Shown in pieces: positions 29,995 through 39,417 of a stretch of DNA of 64,000 nucleotides. The notes under the pieces are model-generated. The model was given only the letters and a program-made list of their open reading frames with translations. It was not told where the DNA came from and did not search any database. Positions within the stretch are counted from its first letter, which is position 1, and each line of letters opens with the position of its first letter. Made by a program: the position numbers and the translations under genes. This DNA is from Alphaproteobacteria bacterium (GTDB lineage: Bacteria > Pseudomonadota > Alphaproteobacteria > GCA-2731375). Location: positions 5,856,001 through 5,920,000 of the forward strand of contig CBDDPY010000002.1 of assembly GCA_965232515.1 (NCBI GenBank), read 5' to 3'.

Positions 29995-30770
29995 CAGTCG
30001 GCGTGCGGCCGATGCCGGCGACATCGTTTCACCCCGGCGAACTCGGCTGGCGGCCGCGCCTTACCTATCTCGCGCATCTCGGCAAAGCCGTTCTGCGGCA
30101 GCATCACCGAGGGTTGCTGCCGGTGTTGCGGCCATTGGTCCCCGACGACGGTGTCGTCTTCGATGTTGGCGGCCATGCCGGCCAGTTCGCCAAGCTGTTC
30201 GCCGGCCTGGTGCCGCGCGGCAGGGTCTTTTCCTTCGAGCCCGGCGGCTATGCCCTGTCGATCCTGACACGGGTCGTGCGCCTCCGGCGTCTCAGCAACG
30301 TTACCGTGGTGCCGACGGGTCTCAGCGATGCCGCCGGCAGCGCCGTCCTGCACATGCCGGTCAAGGCCTCGGGCAGCTACGGCTTCGGGCTCAGCCATCT
30401 CGGCGCCGACGAGACCCGCCGGCGGCAGCGCGATGAAGAAATCAGCCTGACCACCATCGATGCGTTCTGCGATCAGCAGGCGCTGCACCGGCTCGACTTC
30501 ATCAAGGCCGATATCGAGGGCTGGGAGCTGCGCATGTTGACCGGCGGCGCCAGGGCAATCGCACGGTTCCGGCCCGTGATCCTGCTCGAGGTCTCGGCCG
30601 CGCATTTGGCGCGGGCCGGCGACACGGTCGAGGACCTCTGGAAATTTCTCGAGAATCTGGGCTACCGGCCAACGCCCTTGGCGACGGCGGCCAGCGGTTT
30701 CGCCGTCGCGCCACGGCATGGGGCGGGCGACCTGCTCTGGCTGCCGGAAGGGCATGCAATGCGCAAGTAA
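29991..30770 (+). CDS. FkbM-family SAM-dependent methyltransferase
   Basis: FDVGGHAG, FSFEP, FIKADIEGWE; GTG start overlaps the upstream stop (alternative ATG at 30012). Confidence 0.85.
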   Translation: MTVGVRPMPATSFHPGELGWRPRLTYLAHLGKAVLRQHHRGLLPVLRPLVPDDGVVFDVGGHAGQFAKLFAGLVPRGRVFSFEPGGYALSILTRVVRLRRLSNVTVVPTGLSDAAGSAVLHMPVKASGSYGFGLSHLGADETRRRQRDEEISLTTIDAFCDQQALHRLDFIKADIEGWELRMLTGGARAIARFRPVILLEVSAAHLARAGDTVEDLWKFLENLGYRPTPLATAASGFAVAPRHGAGDLLWLPEGHAMRK

Positions 30771-30907
30771 TTGGAATGAATTCCTGTCGGAACGGGGCAT
30801 TAGCTCTTGCCGATTGACAGTTCCGTGACAAAGAAAACGTTGCCTTTTGCGGCTCGTGTGATACGCAGGCCGCACGGGGTACCACCAGGGGCGTCAAAAT
30901 CCGTCTA

Positions 30908-32779
30908 ATGCTAGAGCTTACGTCGACGACCAATTCCGCTCATTCTTTCAATACTGGAAATTTCGGCACACTCACCCAAGCGTTGGACTATGCAGCGGCG
31001 GGCGAGACCGGATTCAATTTCTTTACCTCTCGCGGAGACTTGCAGTCCGTCCTGCCGTACGCGTCCCTGCGCGACGACGCCATGCAACTGGCGCGCGCGC
31101 TGGTCGGGGCCGGATTGCCGCGCAACGCGCGCATGGTGCTGGTCGCCGACACCAGTCCCGACTTCATGCGGTATTTCTTCGCCTGCCAGTATGCCGGCCT
31201 GATCCCCGTACCGCTTCCGTTGCCGGTCAACCTCGGCGGCCGCGTTTCCTACCTGCGGCAGCTGCGCCGCATGACCGAGCGCGCCGGCGCCCGGATGGCG
31301 GTCGCGCCCGCCGCGCTCGCCGACTACCTGCGCGAAGGTCTGGCCGGCCTCGATGTGCCCATGGTCGGCGCGCACGCCGATTTCGACGATCTGCCGGCAA
31401 CCGGCGAACTGCGGCCTTTCGGCGCCGACGACGCCTGCTATATCCAGTACTCCTCGGGCAGTACCCGACTGCCGCGCGGCGTCGCCATCTCGCAACGGGC
31501 GGTAACCGCCAACTGCAGCGCCATCATCCGTCATGGGCTGGCCGTGCGGCCGGGCGACCGCTGCACCTCCTGGCTGCCGCTCTATCACGACATGGGACTG
31601 GTCGGGTTCTGCCTGGCGCCGATCCTGTCGCAGCTCTCGGTCGACTACATCGCGACGTCCGATTTCGCCCGCCGGCCGCTGTCCTGGCTCAAGGTGCTGT
31701 CGTCCACCGGTGGCACGCTCTCGTTCAGCCCATCCTTCGGCTACGACCTCTGCGTCCGCCGCGCCGCGAAAATGCCGCTCGACGACATCGATCTGTCGTC
31801 CTGGCGCGTGGCCGGCATCGGCGGCGACATGATCCGCGCCGACGTGCTGTCGCAGTTCGCCGAAACCTTCGCCGAAACCGGTTTTCGCGCGACCTCGTTC
31901 CTGGCCAGCTACGGTATGGCCGAATCCACGCTGGCGGTCAGCTTCACCGAGCTCGACGCCGGCATCCGCACGTACCGCGCTGCGTCGGCGCCGGTCGCGG
32001 CCAAGCAGCGCAATGGCGCTGCCAACGGCCATCACGGCACGAACGGCCACCGCCACGTCAACGGCATCAAAGCCGTCAACGGCGGCGCGAACGGGCATGC
32101 CAACGGCCACGCGAACGGCACGGCGAACGGGCACCAGCGCGAGCGCGCCTACGTGGTCTGCGGGCGGCCGCTGCCCGGTCATCGGGTCGAGGTGCGTGGC
32201 ACCGACGGCAGCCGTCTGCCGGACCGCCAGATCGGCCGTGTTTTCGTGCAGGGCCCGAGCGTCATGGCCGGTTATTTCGACGATCCCGACGGCACCGCCG
32301 AAGTGCTCGACAATAAGGGATGGTTGAACACCGGCGATATGGGCTACCTGATCGACGGCGATCTGGTGGTCACGGGGCGCAGCAAGGACCTGATCATCCT
32401 GAACGGCCGCAACATCTGGCCGCAGGACGTGGAGTGGGCGGTCGAGCAGCTGCCGACCGTGCGTACCGGCGACGTGGCCGCGTTTTCCATTGCCGACGAC
32501 CTGGTTGGCGAGGCCGTTGTCGTCGCCGTGCAATGCCGGGTGACTGAACCGGAAGCCCGGCGCGCGCTGCAGCGCGAAATATCGGCCGTGGTGCGGATTT
32601 CGGCCGGCGTCGATTGCACCGTGGTTTTGGTGCCGCCGCATGGTCTGCCGCACACCTCGTCGGGCAAGCTCAGCCGGACACAGACCCGTTCGAATTACCT
32701 CGCCGGCGAATACGACGCGCCCGCCGTGATCCGTCGCGACCCGGCCGAGAGAGCCCCGGCGGCCATCGCCGGGAAATAG
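30908..32779 (+). CDS. fatty acyl-AMP ligase / acyl-ACP synthetase of the sphingolipid cluster
   Basis: YIQYSSGSTRLPRG, SWLPLYHDMGL, SYGMAE, TGDMG, GRSKD, HTSSGKL. Confidence 0.9.
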   Translation: MLELTSTTNSAHSFNTGNFGTLTQALDYAAAGETGFNFFTSRGDLQSVLPYASLRDDAMQLARALVGAGLPRNARMVLVADTSPDFMRYFFACQYAGLIPVPLPLPVNLGGRVSYLRQLRRMTERAGARMAVAPAALADYLREGLAGLDVPMVGAHADFDDLPATGELRPFGADDACYIQYSSGSTRLPRGVAISQRAVTANCSAIIRHGLAVRPGDRCTSWLPLYHDMGLVGFCLAPILSQLSVDYIATSDFARRPLSWLKVLSSTGGTLSFSPSFGYDLCVRRAAKMPLDDIDLSSWRVAGIGGDMIRADVLSQFAETFAETGFRATSFLASYGMAESTLAVSFTELDAGIRTYRAASAPVAAKQRNGAANGHHGTNGHRHVNGIKAVNGGANGHANGHANGTANGHQRERAYVVCGRPLPGHRVEVRGTDGSRLPDRQIGRVFVQGPSVMAGYFDDPDGTAEVLDNKGWLNTGDMGYLIDGDLVVTGRSKDLIILNGRNIWPQDVEWAVEQLPTVRTGDVAAFSIADDLVGEAVVVAVQCRVTEPEARRALQREISAVVRISAGVDCTVVLVPPHGLPHTSSGKLSRTQTRSNYLAGEYDAPAVIRRDPAERAPAAIAGK

Positions 32780-32794
32780 CTTCTCGCGGCGACG

Positions 32795-33769
32795 ATGCCG
32801 CCAGACCCGATATCACCAGTTGATCCGACGCCCGGTCTCGTCGCCGTGACAGGGGCAGGCGGATTCGTCGGCGGTCATATCGTTCGGCATCTGACCGCCG
32901 CCGGCTGGCGGGTACGCGCCCTGCAGCGGCGTAGCCCGGCGCCGGACGGACTGACCGGCCTGTCAACGATCGTGGGATCGCTGCACGACCGTGCCAGCCT
33001 CGAGACGTTGGTCGACGGAGTCGACGCGGTGGTGCACTGCGCCGGGCTGGTCGCCGCCCGCCGCCGGCGGGACTTTTTCGACACCAATGTCGGCGGTACC
33101 CGCGCTCTTGTCGAAACGGCCGTCGCCCGGTCGAAGCCACCAAAATTCGTCCTGGTCTCGTCGATGGCCGCGCGCCTGCCGGCGATCTCGGCCTATGCCG
33201 AGAGCAAGCGCGCGGCGGAACGGGTATTGGCCGATCGCGCTGGGGACATGGCCTGGACCGTGCTGCGGCCATCGGCCGTCTATGGGCCGGGCGATCGCGC
33301 GACATTGAGCCTGTTCCGCGCCTTTGCGCGGGGTTTCGCGCCGTCGCCAACCGTCGCGGGCGCCCGGTTCTCGCTGATTTTCGCGGACGATGTGGCGACT
33401 GGCGTGCTCGTCCTGCTGCGGTCCGACGCGCCGGTCGGCGAGGTGTTCGAAATGGACGACGGACACGCCCATGGATATTCCTGGCCGCAGATCGCGGCCG
33501 TTGCCGAATCCCAACTCGGCCGCCGGGTCAGGCGTCTGCCCATGCACCGCGGTGTAACCTTGCTGGCGGCATACGTCATCGAAGGTTTGACCAAGGCCAC
33601 GGGCCGGGTTTCTGTCTTCGCGCCGGATAAGGTCCGCGAGATGTTCCATCCGGACTGGGTCTGCCGCGATCAGCGCCTCGGCCGCCTAACGGGTTGGCGT
33701 CCGGCGGTGGGTATCGCGGAAGGTTTCGAGCGAACGTTCGACTGGTATCGGGCTCAGGGCTGGCTTTAG
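32795..33769 (+). CDS. NAD-dependent epimerase/dehydratase family, probable ceramide reductase (CerR-like)
   Basis: TGAGGFVG, YAESK, RPSAVYGPGD; lies between ligase and ACP as in the Caulobacter sphingolipid locus. Confidence 0.75.
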   Translation: MPPDPISPVDPTPGLVAVTGAGGFVGGHIVRHLTAAGWRVRALQRRSPAPDGLTGLSTIVGSLHDRASLETLVDGVDAVVHCAGLVAARRRRDFFDTNVGGTRALVETAVARSKPPKFVLVSSMAARLPAISAYAESKRAAERVLADRAGDMAWTVLRPSAVYGPGDRATLSLFRAFARGFAPSPTVAGARFSLIFADDVATGVLVLLRSDAPVGEVFEMDDGHAHGYSWPQIAAVAESQLGRRVRRLPMHRGVTLLAAYVIEGLTKATGRVSVFAPDKVREMFHPDWVCRDQRLGRLTGWRPAVGIAEGFERTFDWYRAQGWL

Positions 33770-33837
33770 TCCGTGCCGGGTATGGATTTTTTGCGACAGG
33801 TGGCTTATTGCACGAACGCAACCAACGATTATCCCAG

Positions 33838-34089
33838 ATGACGATCGACCGAGATCAGATATTCGCCGACCTGCGGCAGCGTCTTGAGGCCTTCAACAAG
33901 GCCGGCCTCACGCTGACGGAATCGACCGACATCGCGGCCGATCTCAGCATCGACTCGGTCGCCGTCATGGACCTGATCATGGAGATCGAAGACAAATACG
34001 ACATCTCCATCCCCATGAATGCCTTATCCGAAATGCGCACGATCGGCGACCTCGTCCAGGCCATCGTCGCCTCAATCGAAGGCAGCTAA
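33838..34089 (+). CDS. acyl carrier protein
   Basis: DLSIDSVAVMDL phosphopantetheine motif, acidic 83 aa. Confidence 0.92.
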   Translation: MTIDRDQIFADLRQRLEAFNKAGLTLTESTDIAADLSIDSVAVMDLIMEIEDKYDISIPMNALSEMRTIGDLVQAIVASIEGS

Positions 34090-34093
34090 CCCC

Positions 34094-35311
34094 ATGGATC
34101 TACTAGACAAGTTCGACGGCGTTGCCGAACTGCACGCCGAAATCGCGGCGGCTGGAGAATTCCCGTTCGGCCTGTGCATGGAGCGGGTGCTGTCGGCCAC
34201 CGAGGCGGTCGTCGGCGGGCGCAAGGTCATCCTGGCCGGCACCAACAACTATCTCGGCCTGACCTTCGATCCGGACTGCGTGGCCGCAGCAGCGGCGGCG
34301 GTGCGGGAACACGGTACCGGCACGACCGGCTCGCGCGTCGCCAATGGCACCTATGCCGGCCATCTGGAGTTGAGCCGCGATCTCGCCGCCTTCCTCGGCC
34401 GACGCACGGCGATCGTGTTCACGACGGGCTACCAGGCCGTGCTGGGCGCGTTGTCGGGGTTAGCGGGTCCGGACGACGTCATCCTGCTCGACGCCGATGC
34501 GCATGCCAGCATGTATGACGGCTGCCGGCTCAGCGGCGCCACGGTGATCCGCTTCCGGCACAACGACGCGGGCGATCTGGATCGGCGGCTGAAGCGCCTC
34601 GACAATCCGAACTCGAACAAGCTGATCGTCGTCGAGGGTCTCTACAGCATGCTGGGCGACCAGGCGCCGCTGGCCGAAATCGCCGAGGTCAAGCGCCGGC
34701 ACAACGCCTATCTGATGGTCGACGAGGCCCATTCGCTCGGCATCTACGGCCAGAACCGCCGGGGCGTGGCCGAGGCCGCCGGCGTCGAGGCCGATGTCGA
34801 TTTCGTCGTCGGCACGTTCAGCAAGAGTCTCGGCGCCATCGGAGGCTTCTGCGCCTCCGACCATCCGAAGTTCGAGTTTCTGCAGTTCGGTACGCGGGCC
34901 TACATGTTCACCGCCTCGCTGTCGCCGTCGAACGTCGCCTCCGTCACCGCGGCATTGGAGAAGATCCGCGCGACGCCGGCGCTGACCGAACAATTGTGGA
35001 AGAACGCGCGGCATCTGCACGATGGCTTGGGTCGGCTCGGCTTCGACCTCTGCGCCGACGTCGGTCCCGTTGTTGCCGTGAAGATGCCTGACCGCGAAAC
35101 CGCCGTCGAGATGTGGAACCGCCTGCTGCAGGCTGGCGTCTACGTCAATCTGGCGATCCCCCCGGGCACGCCGGGCGGTCTGGCGCTGCTGCGCTGCAGC
35201 CTGTCGGCCGGTCACAGCGAGACCCAGATTGCGCAGATCATCGACATGTTCGCGCGCGCCGACGCCGACATGCGGTCGGGACCTCAACGGGCCGCCGGCA
35301 CCGGGGACTGA
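34094..35311 (+). CDS. spt: serine palmitoyltransferase
   Basis: GTNNYLGL, GTGTTGSRVANGT, EGLYSMLGD, DEAHS, GTFSKSLG; adjacent to ACP. Confidence 0.88.
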   Translation: MDLLDKFDGVAELHAEIAAAGEFPFGLCMERVLSATEAVVGGRKVILAGTNNYLGLTFDPDCVAAAAAAVREHGTGTTGSRVANGTYAGHLELSRDLAAFLGRRTAIVFTTGYQAVLGALSGLAGPDDVILLDADAHASMYDGCRLSGATVIRFRHNDAGDLDRRLKRLDNPNSNKLIVVEGLYSMLGDQAPLAEIAEVKRRHNAYLMVDEAHSLGIYGQNRRGVAEAAGVEADVDFVVGTFSKSLGAIGGFCASDHPKFEFLQFGTRAYMFTASLSPSNVASVTAALEKIRATPALTEQLWKNARHLHDGLGRLGFDLCADVGPVVAVKMPDRETAVEMWNRLLQAGVYVNLAIPPGTPGGLALLRCSLSAGHSETQIAQIIDMFARADADMRSGPQRAAGTGD

Positions 35312-36205
35312 TCAGCGAAAGCCGCCGCGTCGATAGAGCCGATAGGCAAGCACCGGCGCGGCCAGGATCGGATGCCGGCGCTGCCACGGCGTCGGCGTCA
35401 GCGTTGCCCCGGAATGGCGGCCAATCTTCCAAAGGATATAGTCGAGACCGTCGGTAAAGGTGAAAGCCGCCTTGAGCAGGCGCAGCATCGATAACAGCTT
35501 GCCGCTGACCCGCCGCCCGCGCCACCGCCATCGCGCGCGCCGGGCGGACCACTTTGCGGGACTGCCTGCAACCGCGGCGGTTAGCGCGTCGTAGCGTTCG
35601 CGATTGGCGAGGTAGAGGTCGCGGCCGCGCTGCGACTGCTCGGCTCTGAGCTCACTGCGATAGCTCTCGGTAAAGGCACGGGTCCAGAGCGCCTCGGAAC
35701 CGGACTGCGGCGGCAATAGCGGCCGCGTCTCGCCCATCATTGTGGCCGCGGCATTGGCGACGGCCTGCTCGATCCGGGCCGTCACGGCATCGTCGCGCGC
35801 GAATGCCAAGGCGCAGGGCTGGGCAAAGCGCGCCCAGAATGTCGGCTGGAAGGCGGCACTTGATGTGCCATGCTCGAACGCCGCAAGCGACATGACCGCG
35901 TACTTCAGCCGTACCGTCCGGTTCTGAAACGCCACCTCCAGATAGAACACGTTGGGCGGCAGGATGGTGTTCAGGATCGCGGCCAGATGGCTTGCATAGA
36001 CGTCGCGATATCGATCGACCAACACGTAGAAATCGAGAATGCGATCGTCCCGCCAGCCGTCGCGTAGGCAGGAACCGTAATAGAGAATGGCGTTGATCGA
36101 CTCGCCATGCCGCTTGCGCATGGCGTCGGCGGCCGCCAGCACCGCCGGCTCGACGGGCTGTCGAAGCTCCCTCGCAATGCGTTCGCGATGGGGGGCGTTC
36201 AGCAT
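35312..36205 (-). CDS. nucleotidyltransferase-fold protein (Tam41-like; CpgC-like position)
   Basis: YGS...LDFYVLVD NTase-like motif, WARFAQP; convergent on spt and downstream of the lipid kinase. Confidence 0.6.
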   Translation of the reverse strand: MLNAPHRERIARELRQPVEPAVLAAADAMRKRHGESINAILYYGSCLRDGWRDDRILDFYVLVDRYRDVYASHLAAILNTILPPNVFYLEVAFQNRTVRLKYAVMSLAAFEHGTSSAAFQPTFWARFAQPCALAFARDDAVTARIEQAVANAAATMMGETRPLLPPQSGSEALWTRAFTESYRSELRAEQSQRGRDLYLANRERYDALTAAVAGSPAKWSARRARWRWRGRRVSGKLLSMLRLLKAAFTFTDGLDYILWKIGRHSGATLTPTPWQRRHPILAAPVLAYRLYRRGGFR

Positions 36206-37143
36206 GGTTGGAAACGAATTTCAGGTCCGCTGCTCAGACGCACGGGCTGCCCCGGTGTCGCCTCGAACAGCTCGCCATCCAGCGTGTAGGGGCAGGCCAT
36301 GTCGAGCAGCACGTCGTCGACATTGACGCTGACGTAGTCGTCCGGCGGCAGAGTCCGCGCCTCGCCCCCATAGAGGAAAGCCGGCAGCCGGCGCCACATC
36401 TGCCCGGGCGGATAACGCAGGGCGGTGTAGCGCAAACCGCCGGCGCCACTGCCCCAAAACGGACGAGTGCGCATGACCAGCCGGTTCAGCGTGGTCACCA
36501 GAACGATCAGGTAGGTGCCGCATTGCGGTGCCGCGCCGTCGAGGCCCACGGAAACCCTGTCGCCGCGAAACACCTTGTCCTCCGTCCCGCGCCGCCAGAT
36601 CCGCGTTGCCAGCAGGCCCGCCAGCGCAGCGCCGGCCGCGGTCGAGGATTCCAGTTTCAACGGATGCACCGCCCGACGGCAGTATTCGATGCCGCGAACG
36701 ATGGCCGCGGTGCCGAAGAACATGCCGTAGATCGGCGCCTCGCCGTCGCGTTGCAGCCGAATGACGCGCCGACTGGCGGTCGTCGGTCGGCGACCCGACA
36801 GCAAACGTCGAAGCGCCGTCGTGGGGCGCCGCGGGGCGCCAATATCGTGGGCAATCATGTTGGTCATGCCGCCTGGCAGCACGGCGAGCGTCGGCAGCTG
36901 CCCGAATATGCCGTCATTCAGCAGCGTGGTGATGACGGCCTGCACCGTGCCGTCGCCGCCGTTGATCACGATCAGGTCGACGCCTTTGCCGGCGAAGGCT
37001 GTCAGTGCCTGCCGCAGCCCGTCGATGCCGTTCAGTTCGGCATGGGCGATCTCCGGATGCGCGGCGAGTTGCGTTCGCAGTCTTGACAGGCCCGTTCGAT
37101 TTCGCTGGCTGGCCCGGTTGCTGATCACGCCGATCTTGCTCAT
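36199..37143 (-). CDS. diacylglycerol/sphingosine kinase family, probable ceramide kinase (CpgB-like)
   Basis: ISNRAS, GGDGTV, LPGGMTNMIA, LDGE; real start MSKIG at 37143. Confidence 0.8.
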   Translation of the reverse strand: MSKIGVISNRASQRNRTGLSRLRTQLAAHPEIAHAELNGIDGLRQALTAFAGKGVDLIVINGGDGTVQAVITTLLNDGIFGQLPTLAVLPGGMTNMIAHDIGAPRRPTTALRRLLSGRRPTTASRRVIRLQRDGEAPIYGMFFGTAAIVRGIEYCRRAVHPLKLESSTAAGAALAGLLATRIWRRGTEDKVFRGDRVSVGLDGAAPQCGTYLIVLVTTLNRLVMRTRPFWGSGAGGLRYTALRYPPGQMWRRLPAFLYGGEARTLPPDDYVSVNVDDVLLDMACPYTLDGELFEATPGQPVRLSSGPEIRFQPC

Positions 37144-38222
37144 GCCCCTGCCGGCCGGTTGGGCCGCCGCCGCTCGAACTGCACGGCGATCGAGGCGCCG
37201 ACCAGCGCCAGCGCCACCGGCGGCGCCCATCCCGCGACGGCCGCCGGCAGCAGACCGGCCTCGCCCACCGTCAGTGTCAGGCCTTCGAAGACGAAGTAGA
37301 GGAACCCGATGCCGATGCCGGCAATCATCGGCAGTGCCATGCCGCCTTGACGTTGGAAGCGTTGCGCCAGCGGCACCGCCAGGAAAATCAGCAACAGCGT
37401 CGCGACCGGCGCCGCCGCGCGGCGGTGCAGCCAGGTGCTGTAGACGTAGTCCGGCCGGCTGGCCGCCGCGTTCTCCAGGAGGGCCCGCATCTCGGCGAAC
37501 GACAGCTCGTTCGGTTGCGCCGACAGGATGGCCATGCGTTCCGGCTCCAGACGGCTCTGCCATTCCAGGGATTCCGCCGATGTCACGCCGCCGTCAGCAA
37601 CGTTGAGCCTTTGCACAGACCGCAAGGTCCAGACCCCGTCGGCGTAAGTTGCGCTATCGGCGCTGAGACGCGCGCGCAGTCGGTCTTCGCCGTCGCGCTC
37701 GAAGACGGTGACGCCGGCAAGGCGCGTGCCGTCCGCGGCGATGTGCCGGATACGCACGATCTGATTGCCATCGCGTAGCCAGGTCATGATCGTCGATCCG
37801 GCCTCGCCGTATTCGCCGACGCCCCAGGCACGCAAGGCGCCGGTGGCCGACGGCACTGCCTGATCTTCGAGCCAGAACTGCGGCAGCGCCGCCAGCAATG
37901 CCGCCGGCAGCAGCGCCAGAGCCAGGCGTCCCTGCGACAGGCCGGCCGAGATCATGGCGACCAGCTCGTGATGGCGAACCAGAAACGACAGCGTCAGCAG
38001 CGCCGCCAACAGCGCCGACAGCGGCAGCAGGTCGGCGGCGATCAACGGCAGGCGAAGGCCGGCGTAGCGCAACAATCCATTCGACGTCGATTGCGCCGCG
38101 TCGATCACGTCGTCGGCGTTCGCCAACAGATCGAGCAGCATGATCAGCGCCGTCAGGCCGGCGAGCAAAAGCAGAAACCGGCCAAGGAACAGGCGCGCCA
38201 GATAACGGTCGAGGATCCGCAT
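37140..38222 (-). CDS. lptG: LptF/LptG family permease (LptG-like)
   Basis: MRILDRYL start, HELVAMISAGLS, 3+3 TM layout with periplasmic domain. Confidence 0.85.
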   Translation of the reverse strand: MRILDRYLARLFLGRFLLLLAGLTALIMLLDLLANADDVIDAAQSTSNGLLRYAGLRLPLIAADLLPLSALLAALLTLSFLVRHHELVAMISAGLSQGRLALALLPAALLAALPQFWLEDQAVPSATGALRAWGVGEYGEAGSTIMTWLRDGNQIVRIRHIAADGTRLAGVTVFERDGEDRLRARLSADSATYADGVWTLRSVQRLNVADGGVTSAESLEWQSRLEPERMAILSAQPNELSFAEMRALLENAAASRPDYVYSTWLHRRAAAPVATLLLIFLAVPLAQRFQRQGGMALPMIAGIGIGFLYFVFEGLTLTVGEAGLLPAAVAGWAPPVALALVGASIAVQFERRRPNRPAGA

Positions 38223-39406
38223 TACGTTTCTGCACGCCGGCCGATAATCGTGGTGCGCAACCGCTCCCCAAGGTCGGCAAGCGTATTCACCGCGCGGCCC
38301 AGCGGATCGGCGCCAACGCCAAAACAGGCTCTGAAGAACGTATAGCTGCTGACGGCGACGAAAATCAGGAATGTTGGCCAGATGCCAAGCCAAACCGAAA
38401 GCTGGCCGCGTTCGGCCAGCGATTCTCCGAGCTGCAGGCACTTGTGGTAGACGACCAGGATCACGAGTCCCAGCACAATGCCGTAGCCACGTTCGACCCT
38501 GCCGCTGACCAGGCCCAACGGCACCGCCAGGAACGGCAGCACAAGGATCGACAGGATGCGCACCAACCGCGCATGCAGCTCGGCCGTCGCCACGTCGGTG
38601 TCGATGCCGGGCGGCGGCGCCGCGCGCGAGCGCCAGAGCTCGGCCAGGGTCAATTCCCGCTCGTCGCCGCCGCGCGTCCGGAACGCGGCCTGCCCGTCTT
38701 CGCCGATGGGCCAGCGAAAGCTGTCGAAGCCGACGACGCCGTCGAGGGCGCCGTCGCTGCCGATGCTGACGCGTTCGCCGCGGTCGAGGTAGAGCACGCT
38801 GCGCAGGTCCTCGACGCCGGTCGTCAGACCGCCTTCGTCGGCGATCGTCACCACGCTGTCGCCGTCCGACTTGGCCTCGTGCACGAAGATCCTGCGCAGC
38901 CGGCTGCCGTCGGCGCTGGCCTCCTCGGTCATGAAGGTCAGGCCGTCGGTCTGCACGAAGGCGCCGCTCTGAACGGCCGCGCGCAGCGACTCGTGGGTCG
39001 CGTTGTAGACCAGCGCCCGGTAGGCGTAGCGGCCATAAGGCTGAAGCTGGCCAAAGATCAGCGTGGCAAGGGCCGTCAGCGCCAGAGCCAGGCCGAAGAC
39101 CGGCAGCGCCAGTCGGTGCAGGCCGACGCCTGATGCCTGCAAGCTGGCGATTTCGCTATCGCGGCTCAGGCGATTGAAGGCCAGCAGGATGCCGATGAAG
39201 AAGGCGGCCGGCAGCGCCAGCCCGAGATAGTGCGGCACCAGATTGATCACCATCTCGAACATGAACTGGAAGGCGCGTTCGGAATTGACGGTGATCTCGA
39301 GCAGCCGCAGCAACCGTTCCAGGATCATCGCCGCCAGCGAAATCGCGATCGCCGCCAGCAGCGGCGTGAGCGTGTTTCGCAGCACGTACCGACTGAGGAT
39401 GGACAT
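38222..39406 (-). CDS. lptF: LptF/LptG family permease (LptF-like)
   Basis: MSILSRYVLR start, RLSRDSEIASLQASG, ELHARL, LAVPLG. Confidence 0.85.
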   Translation of the reverse strand: MSILSRYVLRNTLTPLLAAIAISLAAMILERLLRLLEITVNSERAFQFMFEMVINLVPHYLGLALPAAFFIGILLAFNRLSRDSEIASLQASGVGLHRLALPVFGLALALTALATLIFGQLQPYGRYAYRALVYNATHESLRAAVQSGAFVQTDGLTFMTEEASADGSRLRRIFVHEAKSDGDSVVTIADEGGLTTGVEDLRSVLYLDRGERVSIGSDGALDGVVGFDSFRWPIGEDGQAAFRTRGGDERELTLAELWRSRAAPPPGIDTDVATAELHARLVRILSILVLPFLAVPLGLVSGRVERGYGIVLGLVILVVYHKCLQLGESLAERGQLSVWLGIWPTFLIFVAVSSYTFFRACFGVGADPLGRAVNTLADLGERLRTTIIGRRAET

Positions 39407-39417
39407 CGGCAAGACGG

